Both the position numbers and the translations under genes were made by a program. Shown piece by piece: positions 29,986 through 39,910 of a stretch of 64,000 bases of DNA (position 1 is the first letter of the stretch; each line of letters begins with the position of its first letter). The stretch is from Bdellovibrionales bacterium GWA1_52_35 (GTDB lineage: Bacteria; Bdellovibrionota; UBA1018): contig MEPO01000019.1 of the NCBI GenBank assembly GCA_001769805.1, positions 37,093-101,092 on the forward strand, given 5' to 3'. Under the pieces are notes generated by a model that saw nothing but the letters and a program-made list of their open reading frames with translations, was not told where the DNA came from and made no database searches.

Positions 29986-30371
29986 TTTTTCGCGGAACCC
30001 ATCCAACATGCCATGATCGCATCTGCTGTCGCCCTGTTGCAGGCCATGGGGACGTTGTAAACGACAGCAATTCGCAGCAAGGCCTTCACATCGACATCAT
30101 GGGAATGCGGAGAAAGCGGATCCCAAAAGAAAATGACCGCATCCACGCCACCTGTCGCGATCTTCGCTCCGATTTGCTGATCTCCTCCCAGGGGGCCGCT
30201 CTTGAATTTTTTGACTTTCAACCCGGTTTCTTTTTGGAGAAGCGCGCCTGTGGTGCCGGTTGCACAAAGGGTGTGTTGCGAAAGGTACTTCATATTGTCG
30301 CGAGCCCACTCGACCAGAAGGGGCTTTAAATTATCGTGAGCGATCAGTGCAATGCCTTTTTTCTTTGCCAT
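29982..30371 (-). CDS. mgsA: Methylglyoxal synthase
   Basis: '[16 protein letters not shown]', 'ATGTTG', '[11 protein letters not shown]'. The track start at 30377 is TTG; the ATG is at 30371. Confidence 0.9.
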   Translation of the reverse strand: MAKKKGIALIAHDNLKPLLVEWARDNMKYLSQHTLCATGTTGALLQKETGLKVKKFKSGPLGGDQQIGAKIATGGVDAVIFFWDPLSPHSHDVDVKALLRIAVVYNVPMACNRATADAIMACWMGSAKN

Positions 30372-30400
30372 AGACAATTATTAGCGCAGGTACCCGGTGA

Positions 30401-32326
30401 TCACAAGCCGACTTCTGAGAGCAGGTTGCAGAGTTCTTCCCATCGCGCTAGTTTGTTTCCGAGATTCAACTCAAGCTGTCGTTGTTCCTCAGCGAGGGCC
30501 ATTGACCTGACCTTGTCATCATAAGTTGCGGTATTGGCAAGCAGCTCGTGCAGCTCGGCCTGCCTTGCTTCGAGTTTTCCGATCTCGCCTTCCACGTTGT
30601 CCCGTTCTCTCGCCCACGCGATCCTCTGGTTATTCGAGGGTCCGCTTCGTTTCTGAGCTTCAGGTGTGGTGCTTTTCTGCTGGGTCTCGGAAGGCGCCGT
30701 GGCTTTTTGCGCCATCTCCTTCATTTTTCGTTCAAGATAATCGTCATAGGTGCCAATGAGCTGGTGGACTTCGGAACCGGAGTCGGACGGCACGATCTCG
30801 AGAACGAGATCAACCAGAGGTGAAACAAAATTACGATCGTGCGAAACCAGGCAAAGAGTTCCGGTATAGTTTTGCAGAGCCTCAAGCAGGACTGCTCGCG
30901 ATTCCGGGTCAAGATGGTTGGTTGGTTCGTCCAGCAGCAGAAAGTTTGAGGGGGAAAGCAGAAGCTTCGCCAAGGCAACACGGGCCTTCTCGCCCCCCGA
31001 GAGCACGGAGCATTTTTTCTCAACCGCGTCTCCGGAAAACAGGAACGCTCCCGCAATACCGCGGACCTGGCTCACTGGCATTTCCGGGGCGGTCATTTCC
31101 AGTTCCTGCAGGACGGTTTTGCTGAAATCAAGACTCTCGGCCTGATGCTGGGCGTAATAGCCGGTCTTCACCAAGTGTCCCATTTTAACTTGACCCTCGG
31201 TTGCCGAAAAAGTGCCTGAGAGCAGCTTCAAAAGCGTCGTCTTGCCTGCGCCGTTCACCCCTACTATGGCAACCCGGGAGCCGCGCTGAATGACCCAGTT
31301 CAGATTTCTGAAAACAACGTTTTCGCCATAGCGAACCGAAACGTTTTTCATCGTCACGACTTCTTTACCGCTGTGGGAAGCCGGTGGGAACCGGAAGCGA
31401 ACGGTTTCGCGCCCTTCATCCAGCTCAATTCTCTCCATGCGATCCAACTGCTTCAGGCGACTCTGCGCCTGCCGGGCTTTCGTGGCCTTCGCGCCGAAGC
31501 GTGCGACAAAGGATTCGATTTCAGCGATTTTGGTCTGCTGCGATTCGTACTGGGAGCGAAGAATCTGAAGGCGCTCTTCCTTCTGCAGAACATAAGAATC
31601 GAGATTGCCGCGATAAGTCCAGAGCCGCTTCTGATCAATTTCGAGGACCTCGTGAACGATCCGGTTAAGGAAGGCCGTATCATGACTCACCAGAAGCATG
31701 GCTCCCCGGAACGCGCGAAGGAAGTCTTCAAGCCAGAGAAGTGTTTCCAGATCCAGGTGATTGGTGGGTTCATCGAGAATCAAAAGATCCGGGTCCATCA
31801 GCAGAACGCGGGAAAGCGCTACCCGCATGAGCCAGCCACCGCTGAATTGAGTCAGTGGGCGATCAAAATCGGAGGGCTTAAAACCCATTCCGGATAAAAT
31901 TTCTTTTGCCCTCGACTCGAGCCGGTATTCGTCGAGGTGCTCGAGCTCTTCCATGACTCGGCCATAGTGTTCGAGAGTGGATGCTGAAGCTTCGCTTGCA
32001 TCCTTGCTCAGGGTTTGTTCGAGCTCGCGTTTCGCTACAAGCAGGTCTTCGCGCCGCCCGTCCATTCGCATGGCTTCGGCGAGAGCAGTCCTTCCGGAAA
32101 ACTTTGGAACTTCCTGCGGCAAATGACCAATGGCGAGATGGCTTCCCCGCGAAATGACGCCAATGTCAGCTGACTCCTGCCCCATGATGAGGCGAATGAG
32201 CGTGCTTTTACCCGAGCCGTTCGGACCAATCAGCGCGGCGCGCGAGCGGTAACCCAGATGGGCTTCCGCACTTTCAAACAAAGTCTTTGAGCCAAACTGC
32301 TTGGACACGCTTTGAATGTGCAGCAC
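30401..32326 (-). CDS. ABC-F family ATPase (two NBDs, no TMD, C-terminal coiled coil)
   Basis: Walker A 'GPNGSGKSTLIRL' and 'GVNGAGKTTLLKL'. Signatures 'FSGGWLMRVALSRVL' and 'LSGGEKARVALAKLL'. GTG start. Confidence 0.9.
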   Translation of the reverse strand: MLHIQSVSKQFGSKTLFESAEAHLGYRSRAALIGPNGSGKSTLIRLIMGQESADIGVISRGSHLAIGHLPQEVPKFSGRTALAEAMRMDGRREDLLVAKRELEQTLSKDASEASASTLEHYGRVMEELEHLDEYRLESRAKEILSGMGFKPSDFDRPLTQFSGGWLMRVALSRVLLMDPDLLILDEPTNHLDLETLLWLEDFLRAFRGAMLLVSHDTAFLNRIVHEVLEIDQKRLWTYRGNLDSYVLQKEERLQILRSQYESQQTKIAEIESFVARFGAKATKARQAQSRLKQLDRMERIELDEGRETVRFRFPPASHSGKEVVTMKNVSVRYGENVVFRNLNWVIQRGSRVAIVGVNGAGKTTLLKLLSGTFSATEGQVKMGHLVKTGYYAQHQAESLDFSKTVLQELEMTAPEMPVSQVRGIAGAFLFSGDAVEKKCSVLSGGEKARVALAKLLLSPSNFLLLDEPTNHLDPESRAVLLEALQNYTGTLCLVSHDRNFVSPLVDLVLEIVPSDSGSEVHQLIGTYDDYLERKMKEMAQKATAPSETQQKSTTPEAQKRSGPSNNQRIAWARERDNVEGEIGKLEARQAELHELLANTATYDDKVRSMALAEEQRQLELNLGNKLARWEELCNLLSEVGL

Positions 32327-32328
32327 GA

Positions 32329-33321
32329 CTAAAATGCCCTGGTTGCCGCTTCGGCGAAGCGCCGCACGATCGCGTGTGCGGATTCAATCTGATTCACGCC
32401 AGCAACACTTTTGCCGGCCTGCCAGTAATCTTTTGAGGAAAGCCCACGGAGCGAAGAGCGCTTCAATTTCCAGCCGGACTGAAGCGTGTAAAACAATCTC
32501 ATCAGGTGCTTGGTCCGCTCATTCCGGAGCAGAAATCTCGCGAAGGGTCCGGCACGAGTTCCGATTTCCTGGACATAGGGTGTCCGGATGACAGAAAGCG
32601 GTATTCCGGTCACACGATCGGTGAGCACAATGTCCTCTTCCTTGGCGTGTACGATGGCTTCTTTGTAGGTAACGTGTGAACCGCATTCAGTGGTGGCTAT
32701 GAAACGAGTGCCCATTTGGACGCCATCATAGCCGAGCTGCAAGGCGCGCACAAATGCAGTCTCATCACCCACCCCACCGGCACAGATCAGTGGGGTCTGG
32801 GGATACTTGTTTTTCAAGGAACTCAGGAGTTCTTCTGCGCTGCGCACCCCCGCATGTCCTCCGGCCCGGTCATTCACGCAATTCAGGCCGTGGACGCCGT
32901 AATCCAGAGCCCGAATCGCCCACTTCTCTTCAGTAATATTATGAAAAACCGTACCGCCGCACTGCTCGGTACGAGCCACGACCCAGCTCGGATTGCCGAG
33001 GGCTGTCACAAAAAAACGCACTCCTTCTTCAAGAGCGATATCTACCCAGCCGCGCATCCGATTTTCGTAAACCTTCGAGCTCTTTTCAACAAGCACGTTC
33101 ATCCCGATCGGTTTGGTGGTGAGCGAGCGTATTCTTCGCAGGCCGGCGCGGAAGTCCTCTCCATAAACGTAAACCAGGCTGATCGGCTGAACGATTCCGA
33201 TACCCCCTGCCTCTGAAACCGCGGCGACAAGCTCAACGTTTGAGCACGGGAACATGGCACCGCAGATGACGGGGACTTCGATTCCGAGAAGTTTTGTAAA
33301 AGCTGTTTCGACGGGTTTCAT
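32329..33321 (-). CDS. Nitronate monooxygenase / FabK-like FMN-dependent oxidoreductase
   Basis: NMO-family TIM-barrel pattern 'GIEVPVICGAMFP...GGIGIVQP...ICAGGVGD'. The ATG at 33321 forms an ATGA overlap with the upstream gene's stop. Confidence 0.8.
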   Translation of the reverse strand: MKPVETAFTKLLGIEVPVICGAMFPCSNVELVAAVSEAGGIGIVQPISLVYVYGEDFRAGLRRIRSLTTKPIGMNVLVEKSSKVYENRMRGWVDIALEEGVRFFVTALGNPSWVVARTEQCGGTVFHNITEEKWAIRALDYGVHGLNCVNDRAGGHAGVRSAEELLSSLKNKYPQTPLICAGGVGDETAFVRALQLGYDGVQMGTRFIATTECGSHVTYKEAIVHAKEEDIVLTDRVTGIPLSVIRTPYVQEIGTRAGPFARFLLRNERTKHLMRLFYTLQSGWKLKRSSLRGLSSKDYWQAGKSVAGVNQIESAHAIVRRFAEAATRAF

Positions 33322-33803
33322 GGCGCGAGCTTGGGTCCTATGAGCCACAGGGCCTGGGCCCGGGTGACAACTGCGCCTGAGGAATCCCGGGTTTCAACGA
33401 TGACGGTGAGTTCCTGTTTAAGATTTGAGGAGGGGAGCGGGGTTTCGCTCGTGGCCGTCAGGGGGCCGCGTGCTTTTTTAAGATAATCGATCGAAAAAGC
33501 TTTCAGAATACCGCGCGCATTTTCAGGCAGCCCACAGTTCAGGGCGAGTCCCGAAGTCAACTCGGCGAGATTGGCGAGAGCCACGGCGTGGATGGATCCC
33601 AGGTGGTTGTGTACGCTACGACGATCTTTCATGCCGATTTTGGCAAAGCCCGGACGAAGCTCCCTTACGTCGGGGTGGATGGTGGCGCTATAGGGAACGG
33701 CCTGGGCCAGCGCGCGACGATAAAGGAACTTTCCCCCTGGAACTGGCCGGAGCATGTTCCAGAGCTTTAGCAGGAATAGGGGGGATTGAACCGGGGTCTT
33801 CAT
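33318..33803 (-). CDS. Hotdog-fold thioesterase-like protein (DUF4442-like)
   Basis: 161 aa. 'NHLGSIHAVALANLAELTSG' is typical of PaaI/DUF4442 hotdog proteins. Confidence 0.6.
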   Translation of the reverse strand: MKTPVQSPLFLLKLWNMLRPVPGGKFLYRRALAQAVPYSATIHPDVRELRPGFAKIGMKDRRSVHNHLGSIHAVALANLAELTSGLALNCGLPENARGILKAFSIDYLKKARGPLTATSETPLPSSNLKQELTVIVETRDSSGAVVTRAQALWLIGPKLAP

Positions 33804-33820
33804 GCTGGCCAGAATAACAC

Positions 33821-33856
33821 AAACGCCGATTCAGCCCTCGGCCGAATCGGCGTTTT
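33821..33856 (-). terminator. Bidirectional rho-independent terminator-like hairpin
   Basis: 10-bp perfect stem ACGCCGATTC (33823-33832) / GAATCGGCGT (33844-33853), flanked by AAA and TTT. It lies between the end of the 33893 gene and the start of the 33803 gene. Confidence 0.5.
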
Positions 33857-33892
33857 AGTATTGAATTGTCGCTGAGAGACGACAAAGATTTT

Positions 33893-34108
33893 TTAAGGTT
33901 TAGCGGTGGTCCTTTCAAACTGCGCCTGAGGATCCTTCTTCACTTCCTCTTTGGGTGACTGAGCAGGAGTGCGCTGAGCTTGCGCATTCCTTTCGGCGGC
34001 CGTTGCGGCGCGCTTTTCAATCAGCTCGAAGAATACATCCTGTCGTGCATAGCTAGTGCTCACGACCCCGGTTACCAATGCAGCTAGAATTAAAATCTTG
34101 GTCTTCAT
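33893..34108 (-). CDS. Small secreted low-complexity protein
   Basis: GGGAGG sits 8 nt upstream of the ATG. Signal peptide MKTKILILAALVTGVVSTSYA. The mature part is rich in A, Q, E and K. Confidence 0.45.
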   Translation of the reverse strand: MKTKILILAALVTGVVSTSYARQDVFFELIEKRAATAAERNAQAQRTPAQSPKEEVKKDPQAQFERTTAKP

Positions 34109-34174
34109 AGCAAGGCCTCCCGACCTCTAATTAGATTGTAACCTGATTTCCGCGGTGCGTTACAAGTTTTGCCA

Positions 34175-34204
34175 ACTGTAGTTGACTTTTTTGATTTGAG
34201 TCAA
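34175..34204 (-). promoter_or_regulatory. Sigma70-like promoter for the 34108 gene
   Basis: On the minus strand: TTGACT (34204-34199), 18 nt, TACAGT (34180-34175). It is part of the inverted repeat TTGACT-N11-AGTCAA (34182-34204). Confidence 0.4.
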
Positions 34205-34397
34205 AAATATGACAGTTCAAGCACTTAGCTTATGTCAGCAGGTACAAGAGCTTGTATGTGTCCGATCAGACCTGTCCAAGACGGCGGCAATATTTTGACG
34301 AAAGTATTTTGAAACAATCCTCGCGACCCTGAGTCCGGCGAGCAAAACACCGACCAGGCTAGCGCCGGACAGCAAAAAGAAAAAGTGTTCCCAGAAT

Positions 34398-34589
34398 TCA
34401 GGAGGTGTTCACAAGACGAAGCCGGTTTTTCTTTTCATCCAGCTGCGCCTTCGACTCATCATAAAGTTCCTGGATCACTTCTGTCAGAATGGCGTCGAGA
34501 TGTACACTAGGCTTGTCGTACTTCGCTGCCAGCTGAAGAAGCAAGAGCTTGAGCGCTTTCCTGAGTAACGGGTCGACGTGGTCTGTCAT
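34398..34589 (-). CDS. Small helical hypothetical protein
   Basis: 63-aa ORF with an ATG start. No motif recognised and the RBS is weak. Confidence 0.3.
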   Translation of the reverse strand: MTDHVDPLLRKALKLLLLQLAAKYDKPSVHLDAILTEVIQELYDESKAQLDEKKNRLRLVNTS

Positions 34590-34684
34590 TAAAGGTCCGA
34601 TTTTTGGGTTCGCACCGCCAACTTAGACGAAATCATGCCCGAAGACTATGCCCGGCGCATTGAGCGGTCTGCGCCATGAATGAT

Positions 34685-35758
34685 TTACTGAGTCAGGAAT
34701 ACTTCGCGAGTCACAATCGTTTTGCCCTCCAGCCAGCTGACGATTTCATCCGCCACAGGATGCTTGTAGCGGGAGTAACTTAAAATCAGATTTTGTTTCT
34801 CTGTTTCGCTCAATTGCTCAAACCCCTTCTGGGTGAAAAGGTGAAGATCCTTCTGAATTTCTGCAGCGAACTTCGGATTTACCAAGGTGGTTGCCGCGCG
34901 GAGAAAGGCGGTCTCCGGGTTGTATGCAGAGCGGTCACGATAGGACTCTTTCAACGTGAGCATCGGGATTTGTGATAAAAGCGCCTGGTTCATCGGGTTC
35001 ACTGCATGAGCTTGAAGAAGATCTGAAAGAATCGCCGGGCGATTGCGGAACGAGTCTACATGAAGGAATTTGCACATTTTCGGACCGTCGTTGACCGGAT
35101 AGTTGTCCCAGAGCCAGACTTTACGATGAAGCTTTTCATTGATTTCAGAAAGATGCTTTTCAGTATATTGCTTTGAGCAGACTTCCTCACCCGTCCAGAT
35201 CACGCCGATGGAGGTGTCGAGTTCACTTCCAAGGACTTCCAGATAATCGGCCGGTCGCTCGCCGAAGATTTTGTCCAGAATTGGGTCCAAAGAGTAATAA
35301 GTCGGGCACATGATGAGCTGTTTGGCGTGACTGCGGTCACGAACCCAATGAAGGATTCCGGCTTGGGTCCGGGCCAGCCCGGGAGCGCACTTCATATCAT
35401 CAAAAAGAATCGCTAGCCGGTCGACCCCCAGCCGATTAAACACTTCGATTCGAGCTTGCAGGTGTTTCTTGGCATCGTCATCAAACGCGAGATAAATTTC
35501 ATAGGGACTGAAGCCGACACCGAACTCCACGCCGGCCGCATGGTACGCATCGATCAGTATGGCCAGCTGTTCATAAAGCTCCTGCGGAAAGGCCTCCCGC
35601 CATTTTCGCCGGAAAAACGGGTCTGACTTGGGTGCATAGTAATAAAAAGAATACCCAACGCGCTTGAGAAACTCGGCATATTCCTTCCGTATGTCCCAGG
35701 ACCACGGTGCTCCGTAAAATCCTTCAATGACTCCAAGCTCAAAAGATTTCGAATTCAT
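34685..35758 (-). CDS. GH84-family beta-N-acetylglucosaminidase (O-GlcNAcase/NagJ-like catalytic domain), no signal peptide
   Basis: 'GVIEGFYGAPWSW' and the catalytic Asp pair in 'LAILFDDMK'. ATGA overlap with the upstream AmpG gene. Confidence 0.75.
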   Translation of the reverse strand: MNSKSFELGVIEGFYGAPWSWDIRKEYAEFLKRVGYSFYYYAPKSDPFFRRKWREAFPQELYEQLAILIDAYHAAGVEFGVGFSPYEIYLAFDDDAKKHLQARIEVFNRLGVDRLAILFDDMKCAPGLARTQAGILHWVRDRSHAKQLIMCPTYYSLDPILDKIFGERPADYLEVLGSELDTSIGVIWTGEEVCSKQYTEKHLSEINEKLHRKVWLWDNYPVNDGPKMCKFLHVDSFRNRPAILSDLLQAHAVNPMNQALLSQIPMLTLKESYRDRSAYNPETAFLRAATTLVNPKFAAEIQKDLHLFTQKGFEQLSETEKQNLILSYSRYKHPVADEIVSWLEGKTIVTREVFLTQ

Positions 35759-37038
35759 ACCTCAAGTCCTTCTTTTCTGGTGCCAACATCAAGCGGGATG
35801 AATTTTAAAAGAATCATTCCGGGAATTGTAGCAATACACACAATGACAAAAAACCAGAAATACCCCACCGACTTCTGGATATAACCGCTGGAGATTCCGG
35901 CGAGCATGGCTCCAAGCGCCATCAGCCCCGTGACAATAGCGTAATGGGAGGTGGCAAACTTCGAGCCCTGCGAGCAGTACATTGCGAAGACCATGTACGA
36001 CGCCATCCCGAAGCCGTAACCGAACTGTTCCAGCGCGGTCAGAACATAAATCGCTCCCGCGCCGGGCTGGGCGTAAGCAACCCAGATATAAAACAGATTT
36101 GGAATCGTCATCACCAGGACCATCGGCCAGGCGCAGCGCCGGAGCCCATAGCGCGAAATCGCGATACCTCCAATCAGGCCTCCTGCTACCAGACAAATGA
36201 CGCCCACATTGCCCAGAATCATTCCAACCTGGAGGGTGTCTAGCCCGATGCCACCCGCTGCCTGGGGATCGAGTAAAAACGGTCCGGCCATTTTCGTCAG
36301 CATGGATTCACCAAAACGATAAAAAAGTATGAACAGCAGAATGGGAACGATTTTGGGTTGTTTGAAAAAACTTCGAACGGCCTCAATGAAGGACGGGCCC
36401 CCTTCGGTGCTCACCGGTCCATCGTTTTCGAGATTGGGCATGACAACAAACGCGTAAACCATCAGAATTCCGTAAACGAGTGCGCCGGTCAAAAGCGCGA
36501 TACGCCAGCTTTCAGAGATGCTGATTCCGCTTTTCTCATAGTAGCCCGCGATCATGACGAGCACTCCGTTGCTGAAGACCATCGCAAGCCTGAAAAACGT
36601 GGAGCGGATTCCCATGAAAAACGCTTGATGTTCTTGACGGAGTGCCAGCATGTAATAGCCGTCGAGAGCAATGTCATGGGTGGCCGAGAAGAACGCAGTC
36701 ACCAGAAAGATACACAGGCTGATGGCCAGAAACGACTCGGTGGTGATCGCGAAAGCACAGGCGATGAGGGCCAGCGTGATCAGAATCTGCATCCCCAGCA
36801 CCCAGCTCCGCTTCCTGCCGTTCATATCGACGAGGGGTCCCCAGAACATCTTGAGAATCCAGGGCCAGATGATCAGGCTTGTCCAAAGGCCGATCTGATC
36901 ATTCGGGATCCCCATCTTCTTGTAAAGCAGAACAGAAACCTGCTGGACGATAATGACTGGCAGTCCCTGTTGAAAATAGAGGAAAGGAACGAAGTACCAG
37001 GGACTGGCTTTGGGATAGGTGAGTGCGGCAGCCTTCAT
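35755..37038 (-). CDS. ampG: AmpG-family MFS permease (muropeptide transporter-like)
   Basis: About 12 TM segments. 'GLPVIIVQQ...IGLWTSLIIWPWILKMFWGPLVDMNGRKRSW' aligns by eye to the E. coli AmpG N-terminus. ATGA overlap with the upstream lipoprotein gene. Confidence 0.75.
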   Translation of the reverse strand: MKAAALTYPKASPWYFVPFLYFQQGLPVIIVQQVSVLLYKKMGIPNDQIGLWTSLIIWPWILKMFWGPLVDMNGRKRSWVLGMQILITLALIACAFAITTESFLAISLCIFLVTAFFSATHDIALDGYYMLALRQEHQAFFMGIRSTFFRLAMVFSNGVLVMIAGYYEKSGISISESWRIALLTGALVYGILMVYAFVVMPNLENDGPVSTEGGPSFIEAVRSFFKQPKIVPILLFILFYRFGESMLTKMAGPFLLDPQAAGGIGLDTLQVGMILGNVGVICLVAGGLIGGIAISRYGLRRCAWPMVLVMTIPNLFYIWVAYAQPGAGAIYVLTALEQFGYGFGMASYMVFAMYCSQGSKFATSHYAIVTGLMALGAMLAGISSGYIQKSVGYFWFFVIVCIATIPGMILLKFIPLDVGTRKEGLEV

Positions 37039-37568
37039 TGGTTGTTGAGCCTTTTGTAATTATGGTTGGCAAACTCGAGATATCTCGGGTCATCAAAGTC
37101 GGCGAGAAATATCCGGGCGATGTGAACCAGGAACGGATAACGCTTCGTGATCAGTTTCATTTTTTCGTCGACATAAAGCGTATCTCTCGAAAGGTCATCT
37201 TCGAGCAGGAGAATTTTCGCATAAAAGCACCAGTGATATTTGTCGGGATCACTTTTAACATGTTCCGGCAAGGCCATGAAAAGCTCTTCACGGTTGCGCG
37301 CAATTGTTGATTCCGCGTAATAGTCAAAGTCACAATTGAGCTGCGTATCGAGCTGTGGGGCTCCTGGAGAGGTGAAGAGTGCGCGTACATCGCTGATGTT
37401 AAAACCGTCAGGATGACGTGTGCGGCTGGTGAACTTTGTTTTCTCATCCATGGGAGCAGGGGTGTTTGCCGCCGGCGTTATTACTTGCGCAGAGCTGCAG
37501 CCTGACAAAATAAGGATCAGTGCCGCAAATATCCGGCGTGATGGATGAGGTGGCAAGGTTCGCGTCAT
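37035..37568 (-). CDS. Lipoprotein, hypothetical
   Basis: The internal ATG at 37568 gives 'MTRTLPPHPSRRIFAALILILSGC' with the canonical lipobox LSGC. The ORF-track start is at 37676. Confidence 0.5.
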   Translation of the reverse strand: MTRTLPPHPSRRIFAALILILSGCSSAQVITPAANTPAPMDEKTKFTSRTRHPDGFNISDVRALFTSPGAPQLDTQLNCDFDYYAESTIARNREELFMALPEHVKSDPDKYHWCFYAKILLLEDDLSRDTLYVDEKMKLITKRYPFLVHIARIFLADFDDPRYLEFANHNYKRLNNQ

Positions 37569-37779
37569 GATCCAAGTGTACACGTGGAGAGTAATTTGGT
37601 CCAAAGTCAAGACCGTTGAATGTAAAAAATTTTCAACGCATGAATTTGATTGCCTTGTCAGAAACTCAGAGGACAATAACCGTACGCTTCTTAAGAAGTG
37701 ACAGTAGTGAGCTGAGGTGTCTGAGATAACCGATTTCCAGATATTTCTTACGCCTCTATTAATATAAGGAGAACATCAA

Positions 37780-38844
37780 ATGAATAAAGTACTAGCTCTG
37801 GCTTTTGTGACCATGATGATTGCGCCGGGTTTTGCCCAGGCGGAAACGTCCAATGTCAATGTATACGGAACAATCAATACTACGTTTGAATCTGTAAAGG
37901 CCGCTGACCCAGCGGTCGGTGAGTCGTACACCGGCCGACTTCGTATGAACAGTAACTCCAGTAACGTGGGCGTCAAGGGCTCCGAAGAACTCGGAAATGA
38001 TTTGAAAGGTGTTTTTCAGGTTGAGCTGGATGTCCGGATTCCGGAAGCGTCACTGAGTCCAACACTAAGAAATTCCATGATCGGCCTCCAGGGCAACTGG
38101 GGAACGGCCTTCATCGGCAAATGGGATACACCCTTTAAATCTGCTAACAGCTTCATGGAGCCTTTCTATGCTACCGGTGTGGGTTATCTTGCGAACATCG
38201 CTGATACCATCAACGGCGTAACGGGCACGAGCTCCTTCAACGTGCGCAAAGAAAACACGATTAACTACTGGTCTCCGAAATTCGCGGGCGCCTCTTTCAA
38301 CTTGATGTATTCCCCCAAAGGAAGCGCGGCGGCGGCGAGTGACAATCTGCTCAGCGGCTCCGTGAATTATGCAGAAGGACCCATAAATGCGGCTTTTGCG
38401 TACGAAACGCACAAGGACTTTGTCACCGTAGGTCAGCGAGATACCGGCATAAAAGCAGCAGCCGGCTATAAGCTCTTTGACAGCACGAGCCTCAATGTAG
38501 CCTGGGACCAGATCAGCCAAAAAAATTCGGCCGATGTTGTGACCAAGAGAACAGCCTTGCTCTTCTCAGTCGTTCACAAAATCGATGATTTTGCCCTGCG
38601 CGCCGGTTATGGGATCGCCGGCAAACTGAACCGGGACAATGCCGAAGTGGCCAATACCGGTGCAAGGCAACTGAGCCTCGGTGGCTCATATAGTCTGAGC
38701 AAGAGAACCGATCTTTATACGGTCTATTCCAAGATCAGCAATGAGGATGCGGCTGGTTACAATTTCCTGATCAGCGCTGTAGGTCCAAGTGCTGCGGGAG
38801 CCGATCCCCAGTCCATCGCACTGGGCGTCAGACACGCGTTCTAA
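37780..38844 (+). CDS. Gram-negative general porin
   Basis: AAGGAGA RBS. Signal peptide ending AQA. 'VNVYGTINTTFESV'. Repeated beta-strand pattern. C-terminal 'LGVRHAF'. Confidence 0.8.
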   Translation: MNKVLALAFVTMMIAPGFAQAETSNVNVYGTINTTFESVKAADPAVGESYTGRLRMNSNSSNVGVKGSEELGNDLKGVFQVELDVRIPEASLSPTLRNSMIGLQGNWGTAFIGKWDTPFKSANSFMEPFYATGVGYLANIADTINGVTGTSSFNVRKENTINYWSPKFAGASFNLMYSPKGSAAAASDNLLSGSVNYAEGPINAAFAYETHKDFVTVGQRDTGIKAAAGYKLFDSTSLNVAWDQISQKNSADVVTKRTALLFSVVHKIDDFALRAGYGIAGKLNRDNAEVANTGARQLSLGGSYSLSKRTDLYTVYSKISNEDAAGYNFLISAVGPSAAGADPQSIALGVRHAF

Positions 38845-38866
38845 GCGGCGCGATATTTGAATCGCT

Positions 38867-38898
38867 GGGGGCACCTGATGAGGGGTGCCCCACTTTTT
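38867..38898 (+). terminator. Rho-independent terminator after the porin gene
   Basis: 8-bp GC-rich stem GGGGCACC (38868-38875) / GGTGCCCC (38884-38891), 8-nt loop, followed by ACTTTTT. Confidence 0.75.
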
Positions 38899-38920
38899 CT
38901 AAGCCACCGCAGGAGGCGGA

Positions 38921-39817
38921 ATGAAATCAAGGATGGTTTTATTTTGCGCATTGGGTCTTCTCGTAAGTTCACCACTGTTCGGGGCGGAAACGGACCAGTA
39001 CACGGGGCGGAAAGTCCGACTGGAAGACGCACGCGAAACGATCAATAGAAGAGTGAACGCCCTGATCCGGCGAACTGCCCAGGGATGGCGCGGACCGAGA
39101 GACGATTATCGCTTTGCTAAAGAGGTCCGCAAGGCAGTGGACGGATTCGTCGTTTTCAATAAATTCAATAAATGGATTGGCAATAACCCGGAAATTGATC
39201 ATCTCAATACCCGGCCGACTTCAATTTACCGGAATATTCCATTCTATAAGACCATCGTACCTGTGTCACTGATCGTCGCAGAGACGGTCTTCGTGAATGG
39301 AAACCGGGTGGGGCTCGACAAATTCTCTCATATGTTCACTGTTGGGTGGAACTCTTACAAAAAGTACCGGATTGCTGGCGAAAGCGCGGCGAATGAATAC
39401 GATGCCGGTACCGAGCGAGGTCTCCTTGGATTACGGGTCTCAGGCGTTTACAGTAATGCTGATCTGGTTGCCGACTTCGAGGGCCGACATTTCTATCAAA
39501 GCCTGAGCGAGGACGAAGTCATCCCGGGGAAGGATGCCATCATTGCTTGGGAGGGTGACTATCCACACATGCAGCGAGCTTTCGATATAGCCGATCATGT
39601 TAACGCTTTCTGGGATGAGTCGATCAATACCAATCAGTATCGAAAGGGGCTGGCCCAACGCGTATTGCGCAATCTGCGGGCTCTCTGTACCGCTTACGTC
39701 CAAAGCCCGGAGTACTGGGATATCACGCCCGATCTGGATTCACATTTGCTGGCACGCTACTCCTCAATTGGACTTTGGAAAAACTCGGAATACCGGCTTG
39801 CCGCGATCTGCCGCTGA
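38921..39817 (+). CDS. Secreted hypothetical protein
   Basis: AGGAGG RBS. Signal peptide MKSRMVLFCALGLLVSSPLFGA. No family recognised. Confidence 0.5.
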   Translation: MKSRMVLFCALGLLVSSPLFGAETDQYTGRKVRLEDARETINRRVNALIRRTAQGWRGPRDDYRFAKEVRKAVDGFVVFNKFNKWIGNNPEIDHLNTRPTSIYRNIPFYKTIVPVSLIVAETVFVNGNRVGLDKFSHMFTVGWNSYKKYRIAGESAANEYDAGTERGLLGLRVSGVYSNADLVADFEGRHFYQSLSEDEVIPGKDAIIAWEGDYPHMQRAFDIADHVNAFWDESINTNQYRKGLAQRVLRNLRALCTAYVQSPEYWDITPDLDSHLLARYSSIGLWKNSEYRLAAICR

Positions 39818-39910
39818 CCCGTCATTATTATGACAGGCCGGAGAATAGTACTTTGCATTCGCGGGTCTGCCGAATTGTAGAGCCGCTCTTTGTCTGGTAC
39901 CATTCCTCTG

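Noticed and set aside
34182-34210. Plus-strand reading of the TTGACT box at 34182 as a promoter
   Set aside because: There is no plus-strand gene for more than 3 kb downstream and the -10 candidates (AAATAT/AATATG) are poor. The minus-strand reading (TTGACT-N18-TACAGT) faces the 34108 gene.
39818-39910. Imperfect hairpin CCGTCAT-tatt-ATGACAGG after the 38921 gene as a terminator
   Set aside because: The stem has a mismatch, is AT-rich and is not followed by a T-tract.
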